From NCBI GenBank assembly GCA_030141605.1, contig JAQGDQ010000980.1, forward strand, positions 1 through 64,000: 64,000 bases of DNA. The letters run 5' to 3'. Positions 12,976 to 28,325 of the stretch are shown piece by piece; within the stretch, counting starts at the first letter, position 1; every line of letters begins with the position of its first letter. The notes under the pieces were generated by a model. It searched no databases and was not told the origin of the DNA. It saw nothing but the letters and a program-made list of their open reading frames with translations. Origin of the DNA: Tubiluchus corallicola (taxonomy: Eukaryota; Animalia; Priapulida). The position numbers and the translations under genes are program-made.

Positions 12976-14356
12976 CGTGTTCCCAAAGCTTAACCTAGAT
13001 GTAAATTTACTCATGTAAAGGATACTCAAGGATGTAAGGATACTCAAGGATACATTTTGAGTAAGTTTACAGGATACAACATCAAGGATACAGTTTACTC
13101 AAGGATACATTTTGAGTAACTTACTTACTCATTTTCATAACATACACACTTTTTATAGTATCTCATCAAACTTCCAAAGTAGGAAAAGTTGTAAAAAGAT
13201 TGAATGAAAAAAGTTATTTTCTCCACACCCTAGTGTACATGTATATTTTGTAACTATCAGCAAACCAGGATACATTATTGAAGGATTTATTTTGAGTAAC
13301 TTACTTACACATTTTCATAACATACACACATTGTCATTCACGTCGTCTCGAAACACAGGACACTCGTTATTAGAATATCCAATTTTTGGGTAGCAAACTA
13401 TTTTCTTTCAGGTAAAAAATACATATCTTTAGTTTCTAGTTCACATACGTTGGTTGTAAAAATTTGAAATCATGAATTATGACCATCCCAATGAATTATG
13501 AGTATAGTGGTTAAAAATTTAATTTATTGATAATTTTAGATTCATCTTAATTTGTGAACTTCCAGTCTTGTGCTGATTAGCAAAATTTATTTCACACAAA
13601 GGGCATGCAGGTGTTGCAAATTGTAGTCAAGCAATTAAAATCCTGACAGTAAAATCTTGTTGTTTTGACTGGTGCACTTTAGCGTGATACTCCAATTAGG
13701 AATCGTAAAGTTGGCTGTACAAGCGTCTGTCATTATCCTTTGTTACAGTGAAAGTAAAATTAAATTTAGGGTAAATCACAGCTTGAGTAAAAACGGAAGC
13801 GAATTTCTTGAAAACCGTGTCTCATTAGCGGTCCAGTCTCTAAGTGTAAAGTGTTGAATTAACTGCCACTGTGACTAACGTCATACTGTAGTGGTAAGGA
13901 ATTTATGGAGACTATACTCGTGGAACATCTGATTTGATTAATGATTGTAAGACCCATTAGATTAAGAGTCAGGGTTAGATTCTCGAGGACTATAGGCGTA
14001 AGTATGGCTTAGATCCGCCCGACGATAGTTGCCTGCTTCAGCTATGTACCTGCTCTGACAAAATTGGACCAGCCACTGAGCCTATCTTGCCAGGCATTCG
14101 AAAAGCCTTTGTAAGTTGTGTAAGGTGGAAATTTACAATTTTCGTTAAGATACACACCATCCACACCTAAGCTCTTCGTTCTTAGCAACACGTTTTCGGC
14201 AACCAATAACAGTCATGTCATAGTAGTAGTATGTCATTATTAGGAATTTGCTCGAGTATCAATTTGACTTAGGACACTCGATTTGAGTAACCAGAGTAGC
14301 ATGTTGAGTAGCTAAAGTTTACAGTAACACAGCAAGGCAATTGGGATAAGCAAACG

Positions 14357-15135
<779 letters not shown>

Positions 15136-16047
15136 GTTTTTGTAGTTTTTTTTGGTTTAATTACTTGCAGACGGTTGAACAACTAAGCGGTAACAAGAAA
15201 ACAAATGAAAATCTCATTTTACGAGCGTCGAGATAATAGATTCGGTTTTTATGTACAAGCTGAATTACTTAAAATGAGCATCCGTCAGTTAAATTTTATA
15301 CGTATTATTATTGAATGGGGTGGGGGGGGTACATGGGCTGGGATGAGAAACTTGTGAAACTGTCTACGAAATTTTTAGTGCGAATTTAGAATTTAGAATT
15401 TTGTTTGCAATTCAGTAGATAAAAATGTTACAATAAACGACCTGCAAACATGAATGCAGGTGCAGAAAAAATACATGCAGAAAGGCATAGATACGTGAGA
15501 ATAAGGACACGACAGTTGAAAAGAGTGACCCAGATTTCTTTTCTGTCTTGCCTTGACAAAGGGTTAGAAGTAAAATGAGAGGAGGAAAAGGAGAGGAAGA
15601 GTAAGAAACGAGTTTGGCGACGTACAGAACAACATCTTGCGAACATTGTAAAGATTTTAAAGCTCCAATGTACGTCGTTTGTCTATTGCGCAGTTTGTCG
15701 TTTACCACGCACTATAAATAACATTTGCATCGTATGATTCTCAAGGCTACGAGTCGTTGGAAATCCGCCAAAAACTGCAATCTTAATCACTTTGTTGCAG
15801 TCATTAAACATGCTGCAAATATGGAAACCATCACAGTAACGGCGCTGCAAAGTTTGCATTTTTAACCACTTGTTTGGCAAGTAGCGAACAAATCAACTTG
15901 CCAATGTGGAACCGCATGCAAAAGTTTTAACCTTGATTAATTTCTAGTCATAAAATCAATGTTGAGCAAACAATTTTAGCACATATGGTGCATTCAATCT
16001 TTAATTCTCGTTTTATGGTTAAAAAACAGATCTATACATTCGCCAAG

Positions 16048-16500
<453 letters not shown>

Positions 16501-16804
16501 TCGCCAAGCACCTCTAACGGTTTTACACTTGCAATGTGTTTATTCAGAATTTGATTATTAGTTAATTACAAAGAATCTTAATTGCAAGATGCTCCAGTTA
16601 ATGACTAATTAACTACAATTTCTCAGCTTTTGGAAAGAAACTATCGACAGGAGAAAGAAACGTGAAATAATTGGGCCTGCATACGATCAAGGGAGTCGTC
16701 CATAAGCTCAAACTCAGCATCTAGACCAGTATAGACCATTGCGCCCCTTGTGAACAAGACAGTTGGGATTCTGTTTTAACGGATCACAACTTAGAATTTC
16801 ATTT

Positions 16805-16875
16805 AGGAGCGGTTCTACTACTAGACAAACTAGGCAGTTGCCTAGGGCGCCAATTTATTTGGGCGGGGGGGCGCA
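16805..16875. mobile_element. Isolated hAT-MITE-like terminus
   Basis: AGGAGCGGTTCTA...AGGCAGTTGCCTAGGGCGCC...GGGGGGGCGC, a common invertebrate hAT MITE end. No partner end was found. Confidence 0.4.
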
Positions 16876-17320
16876 TTCTGAAATTGTTTAATTTTTAACT
16901 TTAGCTTTAGCATAAGTAATAACATACTATAATTATGTGTAGTTGCTTAAATGCATAACACTTTAATTTAATGAAATAAACTCTTGCGTTTTTGTACCTG
17001 TCAAAATATACGTGATTTAGCCAAGCGAACACTAAGAGCTCTCTTCCCTCAGCAAAACACTTTCTAGTTTTGCTTTACCTGGCTTCCTAAGATGACGTCA
17101 TTGTATGCAGATATGTATGAAGAATCAAAGCCTTCAGAAGGGTAAGACGGGAAAGGAAGATAAAAACATTCGCCAATGATCTCCTTGCAACGAGAGTTAT
17201 GACTGTAAAGATGATGAAACTAGTGAATCGGTATTTATATGAAAAAGAGGAGTTATAACAATTTACTCATTAAAACATTATCATAATTAAGAGAGCAAGC
17301 ACAGAAGGAACCAATTACAG

Positions 17321-17829
17321 CAGGGGTGTGCCAATTGTCTGACTAGCCGGGCCACATTAAACTTTCCTGCAATTCCTGCGGGCCACAGGCAGTTTGATCA
17401 AGGAACCAAGTACAGAAAGGCCTAATAACGATTTTTTTGCATCCGATCTGCGTACATCATTACTACTGCACTACTACACTCATGAAACTATTTTAGAAGC
17501 TATTAAAATTTATATTACAAACCATATATTTCTACTTTCAGGACAGATAGTGGTAATTTCATTACAATGCATATTAGTAATGTGTATCACACAGTCTGTG
17601 TAGTACAGTGACATTAAGCTACAACCGTCTTGTAAGGGTTAATGGCATCCGATCTAGTAGAAAAAACTACCCGCACTATCTTTGGGATCGTGGCACGGAC
17701 TTCAGCTGGGTACACTCAATTAATCTCTCGGGCTGCACTTTCATTAGGTTTCACAAATCTCTTCGCGGGCCGCACAAATTCTCTCGGCGGGCCGCAAGTG
17801 GCCCGCGGGCCGCAATTTGCACACCCCTG
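17321..17829. mobile_element. hAT (Charlie-like) MITE
   Basis: TIRs CAGGGGTGTGCCAATTG / CAATTTGCACACCCCTG with GCGGGCCGC subterminal motifs. Perfect 8-bp TSD AATTACAG at 17313-17320 and 17830-17837. Confidence 0.92.
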
Positions 17830-20143
17830 AATTACAGTATAGAGCTGCAAAAAGAGGATAACGCTATTGAGCACTTACGACGAAAGCCAAATTAAAAGCA
17901 AATTCATAACACTAAAGAAAAGGAAAAAAATCAAAACGGAATTTTCAAGATGACGTGCGAAGTGAAATTTTCTGCAGACAAGTTAAAATAGGCAAAAAAC
18001 GGAGGAAAAGAAGTTAAACAAAGTGGCAACAAAAGCTAAGAAAAACTGAATGAAACTATGAAAAGTAAGAAGTGATTCATAACAAGAAACCTGATATTAT
18101 ACTGCAAAAAAGATACAAAATATAGAAACAATTATTGTAATATATGAGAAATTATACTGTGTATATAACTGTATGGCATGTAATAGATGCAATATGGTTT
18201 TTTTTTGTATATTACAAAGATACGTTTCTGTTTGCGTTACTTTTTTCCAATGATATACTACTTTAAGAAAATAATAGCGCATTTAAAATAGAAAAACACA
18301 ATCAAATTATTAACTCAAGCAGTAGTTGTTACGCATATCGGTAGCAAATCCAACCAACTAAATGACCGACCGACTAACCAGGCAACTTGCTGCATTAATA
18401 ACCTTGATTTTAGTACGCACTTCAATACTTCTTGTTTAACATCACTGTAAGAAATGTTATACTCACAAATTAGAAAAGCAAATTACAGAATCCGTAAATG
18501 TAATATTGTAGAATTCACTCTGTATAGTGTCTATGTAAAATTGTATAATGTTAGTACAGATATTTTTGACTGCAAAAAGAGGCTTATAAACACTTGTCAT
18601 CATCATAACCATTCGACCGACTGACCAACCGACCAACACCATCTACCAACCAGCTAAGCAACCTACCACTGATGGTGCAAGTTGTTGTTTTATGCAGCAA
18701 GTTGCAGTAGATTGTAAAATTGTACGGAATAGGTTACGTATTCACATACGAACGTGCCCAAAACACCTCGATGTGCGATATTTGCTGCTGCAACACTTGT
18801 TGCAAATGCAATCAAGTTTTGAATTTGTATCAGGTTCCAGTTCTTCCACAAGACTGCTAAGTTGCTTGTCTAATGTCATAATTCACGGATCAATAAATTT
18901 CTAATTACAGAAACATTTTTGCGCCAGTGCACCTTAGTGCAGGCATCTGTTCAATGTGAACCAGCCATAAGAACCTACCTATATGTCAGTTAGCGTTGCA
19001 ACAAATTCATAAATTTCTTGCTGAAGTGATACTTCATTACAACAAGCTCAAATACTTTGCCAGGCAAAGTGTTCGTTTAGTTTATCTATCGTAAATAAGT
19101 ATCGAAAATTAAGCCGCCACATATAGGCTTATCAAAATAAAGTTGATCTGTTTTTTTCAAAAGCATTTTATATGCAAGAACATTTTGAACAGTGATGCAA
19201 ACTTTACTTCTGTAATTAGACGTCATTGGCGCAGTTTATTATATCGTTAATTGTTATTTGTGTTATTGTTGTGTGTCATGATTTATTGTATTATTTGTAT
19301 TAATTTGTGATGTGTATATGAACTTTGTAAAGTTTGAAATAAAATATTAAATCTAAAATCTAAATTATTTATAATGATTAAAAGTCAACAATTTTTCTAT
19401 AAATACAAAATATATGTAAATACAAATATATATATATATATATCACGCATGGGTAGTTTATTTTCGTTCAAGCAATAGGGAATTCCTACTAAACTTGATA
19501 AATTCCTTGAAAACGTAGGAATAGGAAAGGAATGCAGAATAGAAAAGAATAAATTACAGACAAAATTAATAGCACGCAGCGTCTAGTAAATCAACGGTTT
19601 TTTTTAGGAATAATAATCCTGCTATATACTGTAGCAATAGCGATTACAACAGTGAAAATTCATAAAAAAATGTTTGGAATCGAGCAAGACTGTAAGGATT
19701 CATTCGAAAAAATGCCCTCCTCTGGCAGGCCATTTTATTAGCGTAACTACATAACGCGCATGCGCAAATGTAGGAAAAAAGACCTTGCCTTCTCGCTCAA
19801 CTGTTCCCGAAAACGCCGTGGAATGTAGGTCAAGAATCTTCTAGCAGAGATGGCAAATACAGTTTGTTTAGATGCAAATGTCATCACTGGGAAGCGACCC
19901 TCATTTTGCTTTCATCTCAAAAAATCCGTTTTAGAGGGAGGAAATGACAATTTTAAAATGAAATTTGCGACCCGAAAGCTGGTAAACGTATTGTACAGCT
20001 TGTAGTCTGCTCTTGCGTATTTTCAGATGCTGAGAACAGCTGAGGGTCACATGCGCGCCCAGTCTGTGATATTCTTTTCGGCTGCTTCTTTCAGAGAGGG
20101 TATATTCACAATCGTGTACACCTCTACTAGGCCCCACCATTAA

Positions 20144-20691
20144 AGGAAAATCGGTCGATTGTTTAGACTCAATCTCATTTTAATTTACTGTCTAAAATAT
20201 ACATTTTCTTGTCTATAAAAGTTAACAATTGTTTCTTATATTTGAATATTTAGCTTAGAAAGTTAATTAACGGCAACCGAACACAGCTATTGCTTACGTC
20301 AGAAACTAACCACAGTTTGTGCAATAACAGGCATCTTCCTTTGCGTGTCAAACATTTTTGTGTAAGTGTTACTGTAGTGTTTAAACGCGCGGTCTTACGA
20401 AAATGGGCTTTCCATCATATAACGTCAGAAACTAACACTGCAGTTCATGATCATGCTTATCACGGTACCCCCTTCTATTTGTCGGCCACGCGAATGTGAC
20501 AAAAAGGCGCCGCTGCCAATCTTAGTAGATTCACTGAACCGCGCGTAGCTTTGAAAGTTTAACAAAAATTGAGCAACCGAGGTAATTATTATTTAATTTA
20601 AACTTTAATGTAAAAAAAGTTATTGTAGTTTTCAATATTTTAGAGCATTCTTTATTCTGAACTAATGTTTACACAATTGTCCGGTTTTCCT
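20144..20691. mobile_element. TTAA-targeting (Kolobok-like) MITE, copy 1
   Basis: TTAA|AGGAAAATCGGTCGATTGTTTAGAC ... GTTTACACAATTGTCCGGTTTTCCT|TTAG; ~25-bp imperfect TIRs. A second copy lies at 29486. Confidence 0.8.
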
Positions 20692-21093
20692 TTAGGTGAT
20701 GGACACCAATTTGCAGACAGGCAAATTGTACAGAAAAAAAGTTAAGAAAGTTGGTAATCTTAAATTTATTAAACTGGAATTACAAATCATGCTTTTGTAC
20801 ATGCTTTGTACATGCTTTACAAGATCTAGGGTGAAAACCTGCTGTTATACATAAACGGGCCAACGATCACATTGATCACATGCAATAATTGTGAAGTCAG
20901 CAGTTTAAGTAAAAAAAAACAATTTATGAACTAAAAGTAAGTAAGTTTAAACATATGTAGCATTTGACAACTTCTAACAAGTTCTTTAGGGTTTAATTAC
21001 GTACCTTTGGTTCTACTGTTTTGTCATTATCTTGTACATAAGGCTGTTTTCAGAATTCTTTATATATTTTATTTTGCATAATTTTGTTAATAT

Positions 21094-21410
21094 TATATAA
21101 AACTACCAATTTTAGACCTATATAAAACTACCAATTTTAGACCTATATAAAACTACCGATTTTAGACCTATATAAAACTACCAATGTTAGGCCTATATAA
21201 AACTGCCAACTTTAGACCTATATAAAACTACCGATTTTAGACCTATGTAAAACTACCAATTTTAGACCTATATAAAACTACCGATTTTAGACCTATATAA
21301 AACTACCAATGTTAGGCCTATATAAAACTACCAATTTTAGACCTATATAAAACTACCAATGTTAGGCCTATATAAAACTACCAATGTTAGACCTATATAA
21401 ACCTACCATA
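21094..21410. repeat. 25-bp minisatellite (TATAAAACTACCAATTTTAGACCTA)n, ~12 copies
   Basis: Directly visible. Confidence 0.95.
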
Positions 21411-21806
21411 TTTTTAAACCAAGTAAGTAAACATAGGTTAGGTTTACTTGTGTATGTACTTTACGCTACACAAAAATTATAAAACGCTATACACTAATCA
21501 CGTTCCATTAAAATGGTACTGAGATGTGACTATACGGTTTTCGTGTTGCTTGTAACTATTTGTTTAAATTCTGGCTTTCAAATCTGTAAAGAAAGGTCCT
21601 TGCCACGATGGTTTATTTCTGCTGCTGTGCGCAATAATGAAGTTCCCGACGATAACCAGTTTACAAACGTTTTTCAACTGAGAAAAGTTTGATTTCATTT
21701 GACAAGAACGAAACGAAGATGTTAGTATTTTATCTTGTAATCGGGTTCCAATTTCGAGTAAATAAATCGACTTGAAGTTGCAGTTTCCGAGTCACTAATC
21801 AAAAGC

Positions 21807-22322
21807 ATGTTATGTTCTGTTACGTTACGTTACGTTACGTCACGTTACGTTATGCCATGTCATGTCATGTCATGTCATGCTATGCTATGCTATGCTATGC
21901 TATGCTATGCTATGCTATGTTATGTTATGTTATGTTATGTTATGTTATGTTATGTTATGTTATGTTATGTTATGTTATGTTATGTTATGTTATGTTATGT
22001 TATGTTATGTTATGTTATGTTATGTTATGTTATGTTATGTTATGTTATGTTATGTTATGTTATGTTATGTTATGTTATGTTATGTTATGTTATGTTATGT
22101 TATGTTATGTTATGTTATGTTATGTTATATTATGTTATGTTATGCTACGCTACGCTACGCTACGCTACGTTACGCTATGCTATGCTATGTTACGTTATGT
22201 TGTGTTCCGTTGCGCTACGTTACGTTGCGTTATGTTACGTTATGTTATGTTATGTTATGCTATGTTATGTTATGTTGTGCTATGTTATGCTACGCTATAT
22301 TATGTTATTTTATTTTATTTTA
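21807..22322. repeat. Pentanucleotide microsatellite (TATGT)n and variants
   Basis: Directly visible; source of the MLCYV ORFs. Confidence 0.97.
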
Positions 22323-23735
22323 TACTAATGAATAACTCTAATGCAATAAAACAATATACCAATAAAAAGTAGTCAATAGTTTAATAAGAATGCAGCTGTT
22401 ATCTAAAGGAACTAAATTCTTTGAAGAATAAACATTAGGAGTAGTTTATCATAAAGATTGAATGTGACTGTTGACATAATTAAAGCATTTTTATACCTAT
22501 CAATCGGTGAAGATCTAGCGCATCTCATGCTTCAAAAACTTCTATGGCGCTTCCTAATTGGTCTTACAAACAATGTCTACAGGCATCTCAAACCAATTTG
22601 TAAATTAAAACTAACGAAATACTATCACTTCAAGTTCAGCACGAAGAAAAAGTGATTACACTTGATAATATTCCACAAATATTGAAAACCGACATTAATT
22701 CAACGTTTAACTCAACGTTACTTCAAGTAGAAGAAGAAAAGGAATGAAAATAGTTCCAACTCACCCTCTGGTACGCTTGTAAGTCGCATCATTTTGACGT
22801 TTTGGTTTCTGTCCAAAGTATCCACTCAAAACTTTGTTATTCTTTCACTCTTAGTCAAATGTACAAAAGCTCTTTGTAGTTCAACAGTTTAGACCTCACT
22901 TTTGATAAGTGAGTTTGACGATGAAGTATTTTCTTTTCATTAAACTTTTTAGACACAAGTGTGAAACTGCACTAGTACACACAAATCCTGTCTTTATTAT
23001 GAGTTTTGCACCTGGAATAAACAATACGGTTAGAACTGATTTAGATCTTTCGCTACACTTCAATAGCTAATGCCTTTATTACATAATGATTTTTGTCATA
23101 ATGACATTGTCATAATAATTTTGTCATAGACAATTATTTGCGTCTGCTTGTCTAAACATGCAACGTCTGAGCTAAAATCACTAAACTAGTTCTAAATAAT
23201 TAAGAAATAAGGAAATTTTAAGCAACGAATTCGAATGTAAGTGAATTTTAATTTTAATAATGAAAAAATACCGTGAAATTAACACAAAGATGGCTGCGAA
23301 AGTAACACACCTGCCAAAGATTAATGTTTGCACTTGCACTACCATTCTGCACAGGCTCCAAGTACATGATAAAAGTTGCCCAACCACATTAGTTTAATTA
23401 AACGCTCCACTGAGGAAAATTTAAAAGAATATTTTATGGAAAAAATATTTTAAAATATTAATCTCCCTGCTCAATTGTGCCTCGGTCTGCTGTTATGCTT
23501 TACTGCGTGACAAGATTACTGTGTAAGAGGTTCTTTTCTTGTTTGGGGTAGAGTACACGCAATTTCTTTCAGAAGAAGGTGTGTAAAATTTAACACCTTT
23601 GCAAAGTTCAAGGTAATAGCACACAAAGCCATTAATGTGCATCTTATGATCAGTAATTAATGAAGAACTTGAACACAGTCAATATAAACTAAGAAAGTGT
23701 TCAATTCAACTGCAGCTTAGCACTCAATATGTTAA

Positions 23736-24350
23736 CCCTTATAGGGTCACGATTTTTTACAACCGATTTTGGTAACCGGGGGTAAAAATTACCCCCACAA
23801 TAATTCGTAAATTACTTTTGATAAACCGCGGTGTTTCATTAGTAAACAGGAACAGCATAATTTGTGGTTATGCTGACCACCATAGGATACATTATACCTC
23901 TGCTTAAAGACGTGTGACTTACTAGTAATACGAAATTTAAATTCGCTTAGTTACGTTCCCTTATCTATGCTGGAATAACTGTAGACAACCGACATTGCTA
24001 GCGCGTGTGCAAAAATCATTGTTATTTTGAATTTATTGTCTACTACTTTCTTCTTTTAGGTGGAGTAATTTGAGTAACTGACATTTTGTTTTATCAGATA
24101 CATCGCCCGTATGATGTATAGACAAGCAAAATAAAGTTTCGACAATTTTAAAAAAATCGACATATTGCATTTTCACTTTTTTTTCGTGGTGAGACAATGC
24201 GCCTAAAATAAATAACTGAAAGTATTTTGTGCACAAAACATATTTAGAAAAAGTCATAGAAAAGGTTTACTGGGATGCGTATGGTAAAAGGGTAAAATGC
24301 AAAAAACCGGTCAGGTGGTAATTTTTTACCCCCCGGTGACACTATAAGGG
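23736..24350. mobile_element. piggyBac-like MITE (full length)
   Basis: TTAA|CCCTTATAGGGTCAC ... GTGACACTATAAGGG|TTAC, with inner inverted repeats GGGGGTAAAAATTACC / GGTAATTTTTTACCCCC. Truncated copies at ~42988-43473 and ~52015-52500. Confidence 0.8.
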
Positions 24351-25649
24351 TTACCGTTAATTCTTTAAATACATATTTTCCCACTTACCATATTACTGGC
24401 GGTAAACAGTATTTTTTTATTTACATTAAAAATAAAATACATTTAAAGTACATTTACATTTATAAAAAAAAATTATAAAAGAAAATGGCAACAGGAACAT
24501 TGGAGTTATGCTAGTCATTTAATACAATATAAAGTAATTTAGCAATACATTTACAATCACAGTTATAAAACAATAACAAACGGACATTGAAAAATTTATC
24601 ATAAAAAGAGAAAAAACTTAAAAACCTTAAAAGAAACTTAAACCAGAGTGATGCTACATACAGTAAAGAAAATATGGCTACACAAAACGATTAAAATAGC
24701 AGTAGCTTAAAAAAATTGCAGCTTGTTAGTTTGCTGTTGAAAGTAGAACTGCTTTCTCGCGCAGGAAGCAAAATAATAAGACAGATTTGTGAATCGGAGT
24801 GAAGAAAGATTGGCTTAGATTTTTGATGTCTTAATATCTTGCTTATTATTGTAGGCAAGAAGAAAAACTAGTTCTATTGCTAGAATCTGCTTACCTGCGT
24901 GGTAAAAACACTGTACAAGGTCATCAAACGTCGGAGAGTGCCAAAAAATGTAAGAGTTTGTGTGTGCAGCGTATGGACACAACGCAAAACATGAGGATAA
25001 ACAACCTTGGAAGCCAAACGTCTGATGGAGGAACACATGTTTTGCAACATGTGATGCTGCGTATCTGTGGGTGTGACATTCAATCTGCGATCTGATTGGT
25101 CGACGTTTGATGCTGTAACCTTGACGTCATCGATGTTTCTCGAGCTATCCGGTTTGTCTCGTGAGCAAAGTGGAGCACTCGATGTCCATCTGTTGGCTTC
25201 CCCAGAGAAAAAATGCCAAAAACTAGGAATGAGTGACCTCATTTATTAAAGTTGCCTGCTACTTCCGCTACTTCATACATTTTAGTTTTGGAGTTATTAT
25301 GAATTAGTTAAACATGTAAAGTAAATACTGACCAATTTAAAACTATTATCGATATGACAGAAGAGCTTATTAAAGTTACATATCGGTTCTTTAAACGTTG
25401 GTCTAATAAGTGGACACGTAGATTGCATGTATTTGATGCACTGTCACTGTAAAATATGGTTATCTGATATCTGTTAGTGTCCTGGCTTTGTATTAAAGCA
25501 ACAACTCATTTGTAAGGTGTGTCTAGCAGGTTTTTTCTGAGGCAATGGCTGTGAAACATGTTTACATAGAAAAGCAGCTAATTACCAAAACTCGGCTAAT
25601 AGCATGCAATTATACTGCTAATACTATACTCGTTTTTTACATAGACTTT

Positions 25650-26452
25650 ATGTTCATTCATTCATTTTTTTCTTTCGCTCACTCGTTCATTCGCTCATTT
25701 ATCTATCCAACCCGCTGTCCATCCATCCATCCATCCATCCATCCATCCATCCATCCACCAATTCGTACACCCACCTACCATCCATCCATCCATCCATCCA
25801 TCCATCCATCCATCCATCCATCCATCCATCCATCCTGCTATCCATCAATCCATCCATCCATCCATCTATCCATCCATCCATCCATCCATCCATCCATCCA
25901 TCCATCCATCCATCCATCCTGCTATCCATCCATCCATTTATCCATCCATCCATCCATCGATCCATCCATCCAGCCAGCCATCCATCCATCCATCCATCTA
26001 TCTATCCATTCATTTATTCAACCGTCCATTCGTTCATGCATGCATAGATTCATTCATTCATTCATTCATTCATTCATTCATTCATTCATTCATTCATCCA
26101 TCCATTCATTCATCCATCCATCCATCCATTCATTCATCCATCCATCCATCCATCCATCCATCCATCCATCCATCCATCCATCCATCTATCTATCCATTCA
26201 TTTATTCAACCGTCCATTCGTTCATGCATGCATAGATTCATTCATTCATTCATTCATTCATTCATTCATTCATTCATTCATTCATTCATTCATCCATCCA
26301 TTCATTCATCCATCCATCCATCCATCCATCCGCTATTCATTCATTTATTCAACCGTCCATTCGTTCATGCATATGTTCATTCATTCGTTCGTTCGTTCGT
26401 TCGTTCGTTCGTTCGTTCATTCATTCATTCATTCATTCATTCATTCATTCAT
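25650..26452. repeat. Tetranucleotide microsatellite complex (TCCA)n/(TTCA)n/(TTCG)n with internal block duplications
   Basis: Directly visible. The block catttattcaaccgtccattcgttcatgc recurs at ~26011, 26199 and 26342. Confidence 0.95.
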
Positions 26453-27415
26453 ATGTTCGATGTACTTTGTTACTTTAAGTTGGCATTTGATCAATAAAAT
26501 ACATGTAACATGTTTTTGATTTTGAACTTAACTACAATTGATTTGGAAGGAAAAATGGAATTCCCTTCTTAAGTTACCAGGCAATAAAATGAGTCAACTC
26601 ATTATTCTTGTGGGCAACTTCTCAAGAAACTATTTTTTCCCTGAAAAGTTGCAACAACAATGAGGTACCCATTGTTATCGTCTCCAGTTCAATTTTGTTC
26701 ACTGAAATACGGAAATTGAGCTACTAACATGTGTTACGGATAGGCTTATAGATAATTAAACGGTTAGGAAACTAAATGTGAGACCTGGCGAGACATTGTT
26801 TTTTTCTTTAGGTGCAGGGTCTGTAACTTTAGGTTCCGGGACTGCCACTCTGACAGACCCGGCGCACTTTAAGCGCTGAATGTTGGCAACCTACCTTAAA
26901 AGCGTTTTTGAATTTTGCCTTTTGAACGCTGAATTGTCGCTTGTCACGGTTTCAACTTTGACCGAGGAATTAAGATTGTCTTAAATATACATGCCTCGAA
27001 TAGTACAAGAATTATACCTTGTGTACCCAATTGTTGATGAAGCGAAGAAATTCACCAGAATATTAACTGTATATTATATCATACGTTATTTGGCTTCTAA
27101 CTACTGAATTATACTTCGAAGTTGTTCCTAAATTCCGGTAAATTTCTTTGCTTTAGATGGCTTGATGATAAACAGTCATCTTTGTTCTATTTTCTTCTAT
27201 TGTTCTATTTTCTTTGTTCTATTTTCTTTGTTCTATTTTGTTCTATTGTTCTATTTTCTTTGTTCTATTTTCAGAAAAACAAAAACAAAAAAAATGTCAG
27301 TAAAAAAATTCAAATAAATCTTATCACTATGGTATCATGCACAAAATTTAATGTGTTTGAACAATTTCGCGGGTAAACTTGTTTTGAATAATAATTTAGC
27401 AACATTTAGACTTTA

Positions 27416-28104
27416 AGCTACGACTCCATGGGCGCGTAATGCGTAATGCGTGATCTGTGATCCGTAATGCGTGATGCGTATTGATTGTTTCCATGTGGTC
27501 CTAAACGCTATGCGTATTAACAAAATCCACAGCGTTTTTTTCGCTATTTTTGTCGCTATTCGCGAAATTGCAAGCATTAATTTATGGAAACCATGTCTCT
27601 GCTAAAATTTAACGGTGATGATTACAGCTGCGGCATTAGATTATTATTGTACTGTTAGACGGAAAAGAAAACACAGGTTTTGGGTGCATAACATTTTGCA
27701 GGAGAGAGAACAATATGGCAAGTATCATCGTTTAATGAAAGAACTGCAGTTAGATGCACAACACATAACTACATGCTTCTTCCACCTCTCAAAAACTCAA
27801 ATAGAAAAAATATGATTGTTTATAGGTCCTAAAGTGACCAAAACTCACCTAACTAGAATTTTTAGTAAGCTAAACAGCGAAAATAGTCACCGGAAAATTG
27901 AAAACTACCTATAACCACCTAGGCAACGGCGGTTTCCCGTCTGCGTGATGCGTATTCGGACGATAGCGATCACGTTCGAATGAATACTGATCACGCATTA
28001 CGTACGCATGGAAACACTTCTAAATGTTTAAATACGAACTGTTTTATACGCATTGCGGATCAAGCATCACGCATCACGCATTACGTACATATGGAGTCGT
28101 ACCT
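27416..28104 (+). mobile_element. Internally deleted PIF/Harbinger transposon with transposase N-terminal remnant
   Basis: TIRs AGCTACGACTCCATGGGCGCGTAATGCG / CGCATTACGTACATATGGAGTCGTACCT, with a 3-bp TTA TSD on both sides. ~27657-27842 encodes RRKRKHRFWVHNILQEREQYGKYHRLMKELQLD..FFHLSK..*LFIGPKVTK, the WVH..R...G.(F/Y)H.L..EL..D....F..S......GP N-terminus of Harbinger transposases. Confidence 0.88.
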
Positions 28105-28325
28105 TTAGCCATCGTTACTAATTCTTGAAAATATGGAATACAATACGGGTTGTAATAAAGAGTGATGACAGTAGCATATAAAATACAAGCAAGTAATACA
28201 AGCGGCGTATAAAATACAAAATACAAATTTCTTTTATTTTCAGTGTATTGAATGATAATAAATACATTAGGCCGTTTTTCCACTGCGTCTGGAAAGACAC
28301 GGAATTTCTCTAGATAATCCCCCAC

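Noticed and set aside
24650-25260. Cluster of 60-120 aa ORFs on both strands
   Set aside because: Stops in all frames. At most a very decayed L1/Tx1-like 3' end (ALCPYAAHTNSYIFWHSP); too weak to call.
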